Shown here: piece by piece, positions 58,138-64,000 of the stretch | Layout of the letters: the number at the start of each line of letters is the position of its first letter | How positions within the stretch are numbered: position 1 is the first letter of the stretch | Assembly (NCBI GenBank): GCA_964372635.1 | Contig: CAYJQW010000004.1 | Span: forward strand, 840-64,839 | Source of the DNA: an uncultured Candidatus Saccharibacteria bacterium | Lineage (GTDB): Bacteria; Patescibacteriota; Andersenbacteria; UBA10190 | DNA length: 64,000 nt | Direction of reading: 5' to 3' | Notes under the pieces: generated by a model | What the model was told of the DNA's origin: nothing | Database searches by the model: none | What the model saw: the letters and a program-made list of their open reading frames with translations, nothing else | Position numbers and translations under genes: made by a program

Positions 58138-59568
58138 ATGAAATTGAAACTGATATTTTTTATCGTCTTTATTATTGGCATTGGGCTAGTTCTTTCTGGT
58201 TCGATCGAGGCAGCTGGCTTGAATTCGAGAATTAACGAAGCATTCTCCGCTGTGTTTGGTAGAAATCCGACGGCGACTGAGAATTTATATTGGACGACGA
58301 GAACTGTTGATCGAAAAAGTTTTGCGGCATTGCAAGACACTATGCGGTTTTACAAAAGCCAAAATAAGACAGTTGGCGCTGCAGCTAAAGATTCTAGAAG
58401 TATATCGCAAGCCGTTAGGGCTTCTACTAAGCAGCAGTTAATCCGAGATGTATTACCTCTCTTTGTCCAGATTTATGGTAAGGACCCCTCAAATGCAGAT
58501 AAAATATGGTGGCGTAAGCGAATCTCTTGTGATGAAATTAAAGACAAGAAACAACTTGAATCATCAATGAGATTTCACAAAAACAAAGGTGTGAGTAAAG
58601 GCGCCAATACAATCTGCGGGCAAAAAGCTACGACGCCCAGCGGAGTAACAGCTCGTTCGGTGACTGGTTTTTCAGACCACCCTCTGGGCGATACTGTCCG
58701 CGTTGGTATATATAATGCAGGGAGTAAACCGGTCGTCATAGCTGCCAGCGGCAGATACCAAGTTAGAGAAGGTTCTGACACGAAAGCTACACTTAGCGAA
58801 GGGGACGCAGTGACAATTACCTATTCGGGTGGTCTCTATCATGTTCGAGGAGCTGTTGAAATAGAGGCAACAGAACCGATTCGGCTAGTACCGGTAGGTG
58901 GAACAATCATGCAGGTGAAGAGCTATAATGACCCCTCCGCCACGATACCAGGTAAAAATTATAATCGTTTTCGCGATACCATTGTTGTTACTAAATGCAC
59001 TAATTGTAGTGATGTGTGGGTGGTTAATGACGTTCGGGCTGAACATTACGCCAAGGGCCTCGCCGAAACGTCGGCGTCTGATGCGGGAGCAACCGAATTT
59101 TATAAAGCCTTAGCTATAGCTGCTCGTAGCTATGCCCTTTATCATCGCAACGTCACGGGCGGTCGTAGGCCAGCAAAAGGCTATGACATTGGTCGAACAG
59201 CTGATGATCAAATCTACCGTGGCTATGAATATGAAATTCTGGTCCCTCGCCTGGCGTCTGCAGTTGATCAAACACGCGGCGTTATTGTGACGGATAAAGA
59301 CGGCGATAAACCTCTCATTACGACATATTTTTCAGATTCTGGCGGAAAGACAAAAACTGCCCAAGAGGTATGGGGGACAACTGCTTCACGTTTCAGCCAC
59401 CTTCAAAAAAATGTTGATGATCCTCATCACGTTGCTGCCACCTGTCGCGGTCACTGTGTTGGCATGAGTGCGCAAGGAGCATTTGGGTTCGCTAAAAAGG
59501 ATGGCTGGAGTTTTCAAAGGATTCTGCAGCATTACTACCAAAACATTCGTTTGGTTAAAGCATATTGA
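58138..59568 (+). CDS. SpoIID/LytB-domain protein with N-terminal signal anchor
   Basis: N-terminus MKLKLIFFIVFIIGIGLVLSGSIEAAG (signal/TM). C-terminal TTYFSDSGGKTKTAQEVWG and CRGHCVGMSAQGAFGFAKKDGWSFQRILQHYYQNIRL match the SpoIID/LytB amidase-enhancer/lytic transglycosylase signature (YF.S.GG.TE..E.VW; GHG.GMSQ.GA...A..G..Y..IL.HYY). Confidence 0.65.
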   Translation: MKLKLIFFIVFIIGIGLVLSGSIEAAGLNSRINEAFSAVFGRNPTATENLYWTTRTVDRKSFAALQDTMRFYKSQNKTVGAAAKDSRSISQAVRASTKQQLIRDVLPLFVQIYGKDPSNADKIWWRKRISCDEIKDKKQLESSMRFHKNKGVSKGANTICGQKATTPSGVTARSVTGFSDHPLGDTVRVGIYNAGSKPVVIAASGRYQVREGSDTKATLSEGDAVTITYSGGLYHVRGAVEIEATEPIRLVPVGGTIMQVKSYNDPSATIPGKNYNRFRDTIVVTKCTNCSDVWVVNDVRAEHYAKGLAETSASDAGATEFYKALAIAARSYALYHRNVTGGRRPAKGYDIGRTADDQIYRGYEYEILVPRLASAVDQTRGVIVTDKDGDKPLITTYFSDSGGKTKTAQEVWGTTASRFSHLQKNVDDPHHVAATCRGHCVGMSAQGAFGFAKKDGWSFQRILQHYYQNIRLVKAY

Positions 59569-59647
59569 TACGACCAATACTGCCCAATATTGCCGCTTGT
59601 GATGACTTCTGATAAAACGTCAGTTGGCATCTTAAGATATTTGGATA

Positions 59648-59676
59648 TTTGGTAAATTAGATTCGACCCGTATAGT
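59648..59676 (+). promoter_or_regulatory. sigma70-like promoter candidate giving a leaderless transcript for the GT4 gene at 59683
   Basis: TTTGGT at 59648-59653, a 17-nt spacer, then TATAGT at 59671-59676. The ATG at 59683 lies 7 nt after the -10 element, at the expected transcription start. No Shine-Dalgarno sequence is present. Confidence 0.3.
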
Positions 59677-59682
59677 AAAAAA

Positions 59683-60834
59683 ATGAAGCTAACCCTCATC
59701 ACTGAGTATTGGGGAGAGCGCGGTGGAGCGGAAAACTACCTTTGGAATATAGGTCACTTTCTTGCACCAGGCAGCCTAACAGTTATCGCGCCTCGCTCTG
59801 GCCATAGTAAATTGCCTATTGGTAGTGGCATCAATAACATCTCTATTCAGCGTTTACGCTGGCCGCTACTTTGGCCTAGTTGGTTGCCACTGTTTTTACA
59901 TCTTTATCGTCAAGCTCGCCAGGGTGAGCTGGACGTTTTGCTTTGTGGCAAAACATTATTTGAAGGACATCTTGGATATTTCTTGAAAAAATATGCCGGT
60001 GTGCCCTATATAGTTTTTACTTATGGTATGGAGATTGAATATTGGAACCAGCATAGACGGTCCTTTAAGAAAATGTTGAAGGTGTTGCGCCGAGCTGATC
60101 TTATAATCTACATCAATGAAGTAACCAAGAAGAAACTCATTGAATTTGGTATCGCCCAAGATCAAATAATCAAGATACAGCCTGGTGTTACTGCGAGACA
60201 TCTGAACAAAACAAGCCGGCCAATGATTGAATCACGGCTGCGCTACTATAATATTAAACAGCCTTATGTCCTGGCAGTAGGTCGGCTGATTGCTCGTAAG
60301 GGGTTTGATGTTTTAATCGAGGCTTTCGCTGGTCTTGATCAAACTATATTTAGCCAGCACCGACTGGTGATTATCGGTGATGGTCCCGACCTTCGGCATC
60401 TCCAATCTGTTGCCGAGAGAAATTTTATAGGTACCAGCATTACCTTTTTGACAAAGGTACCTGATAAAGACTTACCATCCCTGTATGCCGGCGCGGAAAT
60501 CTTTGCACTCACCCCATGTGAAATTAGTGGTGAGCTAGAAGGCTTCGGTATTGTTTATTTGGAAGCAGCCGCCCATGGTATACCAGCTATTGGTACAAAA
60601 ACTGGCGGTGTTCCTGAAGCAGTCCTCGACAATAAAACAGGTTTAATTATAATGCCAGCTGATACTTCGGGGTTAACTAGGGCTCTAAAGCGATTACTGG
60701 TAGATGCCGAACTTCGAGCTAATTTTGGTCTTGCCGGACAACAACGTGTGTTAAAGCAATTCCAATGGGAGACAAAAAGTGCTCAATTGCAAACAGCTAT
60801 TGAAAAGATCCTCGCGCACACGCAGAGTTATTAG
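59683..60834 (+). CDS. GT4 family glycosyltransferase
   Basis: EGFGIVYLEAAAHGIPAIGTKTGGVPEAV is the EX7E motif; 383 aa. Confidence 0.85.
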   Translation: MKLTLITEYWGERGGAENYLWNIGHFLAPGSLTVIAPRSGHSKLPIGSGINNISIQRLRWPLLWPSWLPLFLHLYRQARQGELDVLLCGKTLFEGHLGYFLKKYAGVPYIVFTYGMEIEYWNQHRRSFKKMLKVLRRADLIIYINEVTKKKLIEFGIAQDQIIKIQPGVTARHLNKTSRPMIESRLRYYNIKQPYVLAVGRLIARKGFDVLIEAFAGLDQTIFSQHRLVIIGDGPDLRHLQSVAERNFIGTSITFLTKVPDKDLPSLYAGAEIFALTPCEISGELEGFGIVYLEAAAHGIPAIGTKTGGVPEAVLDNKTGLIIMPADTSGLTRALKRLLVDAELRANFGLAGQQRVLKQFQWETKSAQLQTAIEKILAHTQSY

Positions 60835-60848
60835 CTAGTTATTTAATT

Positions 60849-63503
60849 ATGGACCTGGCGCGTACACAACTCTTATCTCTTATTACCAAGGCGGTCACAA
60901 CGTCATTTGGCATTATCCAGTCGATTATTATAATTCGGCTGCTTACTCCTGCTGATTACGGTTTGGTTGGATTAGTATTGTCGATCGGAGGCGTCATTGG
61001 TGTAACGCAGCATCTTGGCATAGTTGATGGGGTAATTCGTGAAATTGCTATTCTCAAAAACAAAACGGAAGCCGGTAAAGTATTTTGGGTGTCACACTTA
61101 GTTCGTCAGGCAGTAACTATTCCGCTTTCAAGCGCTTTATTTATGGCAGCACCATTCGTGGCAACAAAGCTTTACGATCGTCCGGAGATTATCCCATATA
61201 TTCAACTCTTCGCGGCCGTACTCGTTTTGCAGGGTTTGCAGGATGTACTGGGAGCAACGTTAACTGGCATTAAGAAATTCGGGGCTTTGTATATAACACA
61301 AATAGCGACGGCAATTATAAATATTATTGTTTTTGGGTATCTGACCTGGCAATTTGGCATCAGCGGTTTTTTTATCGCCATCATCGTTACTACCTGCCTC
61401 ATGGTGGCGATAATGTATTTAATACTTTCTAGACACAGCATTGAGTTTGCGCCGCGGAGCATCAGCAAAATTGGCCTTGATAGTATTAAAAAATATTTAA
61501 GGCGTGTTATGAGGATCGGCGCCTACATGTACGTGGCGCGAATATTTTTTGTTGTCTGGCAGCGTCTGCCACTACTCATATTAGGTGCTGTTGTATCTGC
61601 CGAGGAACTTGGCTACCTCAACGTGTCGCTAACTTTCGGTTCGCGTCTAACTATTATTGCGATGGCATTATCGGAAGTAAATTTATCTTGGATGAGTTCT
61701 TTGTACTTAGATAAACGCCCAGAATTTAGTCGCGTTGTTACTCGTAACATGCAGCGAGTGCTTGTTGTCATGTCTTTTCTGACACTTATTTTATTGTTCT
61801 TTACTCCAGAAATCCTGCGCTATGTTATCGGTTCAGAATATCTTCCAGCCAAACACATTATATTGCTGATGACGTTGGCATTTTTTCTGTATTCGCTTAT
61901 GGATATCGGCACCAGTAGCGTTTTCGTGCCAGCGGATAAACCACGATCGCGTGCTCAAATTTACGCCGTGATGCTTAGCATTACAGCGCTTCTCACCATC
62001 TGGCTAGTCAAGACACGCCCGGATGCCTTACTCGCCTCCCTCGCAGTACTTTTTGGGGCACTGGTCGCCTACGTCTGTATGGTTATTTTAGTAAAACGTC
62101 AGTTTAACATTTCTCTTTTAACCAGGCCTCTATTAATTGTTCTCTTAGCCCTGTTTACTTCAGCTGCTTGGTTATTTACCGACCCGCCGGCTGAACAAAG
62201 AACTCTAATCTTTCTCGGTCTAATAGCCTACACCTTTTGGGTAGCGCGACGCAGTCAGCTATTGCCCTCATTTAATTTAGCTATTGATCACCAGCCAAAC
62301 AGTTTATTGCCACGTCGAATAATTTGCTTTTCCGGTGCTTCATATGACGCGCCAAGCTGGACTAACCGTCAACACATAATGAGCCGAGTTTCTAAGCGAA
62401 TGCCGGTTTTATACGTCGAACCTAGAGTATGGATTATGCGATATTTCTGGCAAAATTGGCGTCATCCTAAAAGACTGGCCAACTTTCTTTGGCGTCTCAT
62501 CGGATATGAGAAAAAACATAGTAAGCTGATTATTGTTTCTCAGTGGAACCTTTTACCAGGATCACGCGAAAATAAACTTGTTGCCTGGTGTAACCATTGG
62601 TTACTTAATCGTTGGCGGATTATTCTTCTCGCTAAACTGCTTGGTTTTTACCCACCTGGCAAGTTTAACAAGCATCTTATTGTTTGGATCTACGACACTG
62701 AAGCTGCCGAATACCTATCGGCCTATCGAGATAATTTTGTTTTGTACGATTGCGTCGACGACCACGCGGCTCAGGCTGGACCAGACAGAAATCCGGCGAA
62801 AGTACGTGCCGAAGAAAAAGCCATATTACGCCAAGCTGATCTTGTGACAGTAACAAGTCAGAAATTATACGAGCAAAAAAAGTCTTGGAACAAAAACGTC
62901 AACCTAGTTATCAACGCAGGTGATGTTGCTTTATTCATACAGCCATCAAAATACAAGCCAGCCTTTGATTTCGCTGACGGCAGGCCGATCATTGGAACAG
63001 TTGGCGCCCTTGACTCTTATAAAATTGATTTCGATTTATTGCAAACCGTAGCTACTAAGAAACCGACATGGCATTTTGTCTTTGTCGGTGCGCCGGTTGT
63101 CGAGCGTATGAGTCGGGAGTTATGGGCAATCATGAAATTGCCAAATGTGCATATATATCGCGAAGTGCCTCGTGAAGATGTACCGGATTATGTATACAAA
63201 TTCGATGTGTGTATGATTGCTTATAAAAATAGCGCTTATAATGCGGCCAGCTTTCCCTTAAAATTCTGGGAATTTATGGCGACAGGCAAGCCTATAGTTG
63301 TCTCCGGAGTACCAGAACTAAAAGTTTACTCACATTTGATCACATATACTGAAACGGATGAATTATTTATAAATGGCATTGAAGCTGCTCTGCAGTCACC
63401 GGACTTGAGCAGTTTAGCGCGGCGAACGGAGGCACGTATCCACTCATGGGATAATAGGGTAGAGCAACTTTTTGAATTAATAAACATTAAAGTTGTTCAA
63501 TAA
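60849..63503 (+). CDS. fusion protein: N-terminal Wzx-like MOP flippase domain plus C-terminal GT-B glycosyltransferase domain (TuaH/GT4-like)
   Basis: 884 aa. Residues ~1-480 are 12-14 TM helices resembling a PST/Wzx flippase. Residues ~490-884 are soluble and have GT-B features (ICFSGASYDAPSW...LYDCVDDH...HFVFVGAP...SFPLKFWEFMATGKPIVVSG). I see no internal stop or frameshift in the sequence. Confidence 0.55.
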   Translation: MDLARTQLLSLITKAVTTSFGIIQSIIIIRLLTPADYGLVGLVLSIGGVIGVTQHLGIVDGVIREIAILKNKTEAGKVFWVSHLVRQAVTIPLSSALFMAAPFVATKLYDRPEIIPYIQLFAAVLVLQGLQDVLGATLTGIKKFGALYITQIATAIINIIVFGYLTWQFGISGFFIAIIVTTCLMVAIMYLILSRHSIEFAPRSISKIGLDSIKKYLRRVMRIGAYMYVARIFFVVWQRLPLLILGAVVSAEELGYLNVSLTFGSRLTIIAMALSEVNLSWMSSLYLDKRPEFSRVVTRNMQRVLVVMSFLTLILLFFTPEILRYVIGSEYLPAKHIILLMTLAFFLYSLMDIGTSSVFVPADKPRSRAQIYAVMLSITALLTIWLVKTRPDALLASLAVLFGALVAYVCMVILVKRQFNISLLTRPLLIVLLALFTSAAWLFTDPPAEQRTLIFLGLIAYTFWVARRSQLLPSFNLAIDHQPNSLLPRRIICFSGASYDAPSWTNRQHIMSRVSKRMPVLYVEPRVWIMRYFWQNWRHPKRLANFLWRLIGYEKKHSKLIIVSQWNLLPGSRENKLVAWCNHWLLNRWRIILLAKLLGFYPPGKFNKHLIVWIYDTEAAEYLSAYRDNFVLYDCVDDHAAQAGPDRNPAKVRAEEKAILRQADLVTVTSQKLYEQKKSWNKNVNLVINAGDVALFIQPSKYKPAFDFADGRPIIGTVGALDSYKIDFDLLQTVATKKPTWHFVFVGAPVVERMSRELWAIMKLPNVHIYREVPREDVPDYVYKFDVCMIAYKNSAYNAASFPLKFWEFMATGKPIVVSGVPELKVYSHLITYTETDELFINGIEAALQSPDLSSLARRTEARIHSWDNRVEQLFELINIKVVQ

Positions 63504-63507
63504 AGAA

Positions 63508-63547
63508 GAAAGGCTCCACCGCAATGCGGTGAAGCCTTTAGTTTTTT
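63508..63547. terminator. bidirectional intrinsic terminator between convergent genes
   Basis: aaAGGCTcCACCGCaatGCGGTGaAGCCTTtagtttttt: a GC-rich stem of about 12 bp with one bulge, followed by a T-run on the plus strand and by an A-run complement on the minus strand. Confidence 0.5.
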
Positions 63548-63947
63548 AGTGGCGCAAGTTATCGAGAATAGTCCTAAATTGCTCCACTCCTGGGTCGACA
63601 GATTCAGGTATGAAGATGATATACAAAGGTTTTTTTCCATCTTCATCTACAATCGTACAAGTCCACCGAAGTTCGATTTTGGCGTTCTTGTAAGACGGCA
63701 TCCCTATCTGTGGTACGACCACGACTTGGCAACCAAGCTGCTGAAAATCTTTTATTCCGACTTTCAATTTTTCGTAGGAAGTAAATTTCATATTACACCC
63801 TGGGTATCTGATCGGATAGAGACGAGGTGGATCAGTTCGGTTATCTCGGCCATAACCCGTCCAGACATGCTTGGCTTTTAGACCGGTGAATTCCGCCTGC
63901 AACGAAGTCCAAGCGGCCTCTCCGTACCTGGTCTTAAATTCCCTCAT
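63546..63947 (-). CDS. hypothetical protein, 5' end beyond the window (frame stays open upstream to position 64000)
   Basis: The minus-strand ORF ends at the bidirectional terminator. The frame upstream of the ATG at 63947 has no stop before the window edge, so this is the C-terminal part of a longer gene. I recognise no motif. Confidence 0.35.
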   Translation of the reverse strand: MREFKTRYGEAAWTSLQAEFTGLKAKHVWTGYGRDNRTDPPRLYPIRYPGCNMKFTSYEKLKVGIKDFQQLGCQVVVVPQIGMPSYKNAKIELRWTCTIVDEDGKKPLYIIFIPESVDPGVEQFRTILDNLRH

Positions 63948-64000
63948 GGAAACAACCTCACCAGCTTTCAGTTCAGATCCATTTGTTTTATCTGACTTCA

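Noticed and set aside
63549-63881. Plus-strand 110-aa ORF overlapping the terminal minus-strand gene
   Set aside because: The bidirectional terminator at 63508..63547 sits upstream of this ORF, so it would have to start after a terminator with no promoter-like sequence. The minus-strand frame ends exactly at the terminator and stays open to the window edge. That makes the minus gene the better model.
1-64000. Search for CRISPR arrays, transposases/integrases, rRNA or prophage genes
   Set aside because: I found no regularly spaced direct repeats. No ORF shows DDE transposase, tyrosine or serine recombinase, or phage structural features. The tRNA-like gene is the only candidate integration hotspot, and it is not followed by mobile-element genes within the window.

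Overview
This 64 kb window is a densely packed glycan-assembly locus. Its gene content resembles a CPR/Patescibacteria-type genome at roughly 45% GC, with very short intergenic gaps and frequent 4-bp stop/start overlaps.

The features I can support are:
- At least 12 large polytopic membrane proteins of GT-C-like architecture. Several look ArnT/PMT-like (GT39-like, with a DEP motif after the first helix). Others look YfhO-like or DUF2079-like.
- Five polyprenyl-phosphate-sugar synthase GT2s (DPM1/ArnC/GtrB-like).
- About 11 GT-B glycosyltransferases (GT4 EX7E-type) and one additional GT2.
- Two GT9 heptosyltransferase-family genes.
- Five SAM-dependent methyltransferases, one of them a TylCIII-like C-methyltransferase with an N-terminal Cys zinc-ribbon.
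- An AsnB-type amidotransferase, an SDR nucleotide-sugar epimerase/dehydratase and a CE4 polysaccharide deacetylase.
- Three MOP-family flippases. One is MurJ-like and one is fused to a C-terminal GT-B domain.
- A SpoIID/LytB-domain protein and a type-IV-pilin-like protein.
- One tRNA-like gene with a canonical acceptor stem and T-arm but an unusual D/anticodon region.

I found no transposase, integrase, CRISPR array or rRNA.

The most striking organisation is the repeated pairing of GT-C membrane transferases with SAM methyltransferases and polyprenyl-phosphate-sugar synthases. This includes a mirror-image arrangement of two paralog pairs (A-MT-B ... MT-B'-A'). I read this as an extracytoplasmic, polyprenyl-phosphate-sugar-driven glycosylation system producing a methylated glycan, protein O-glycosylation or both. 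It is not a classical Wzy O-antigen or capsule locus.

The ORF track uses TTG/GTG as starts, so several 5' ends are uncertain. Where I could verify an internal ATG I give the refined start.
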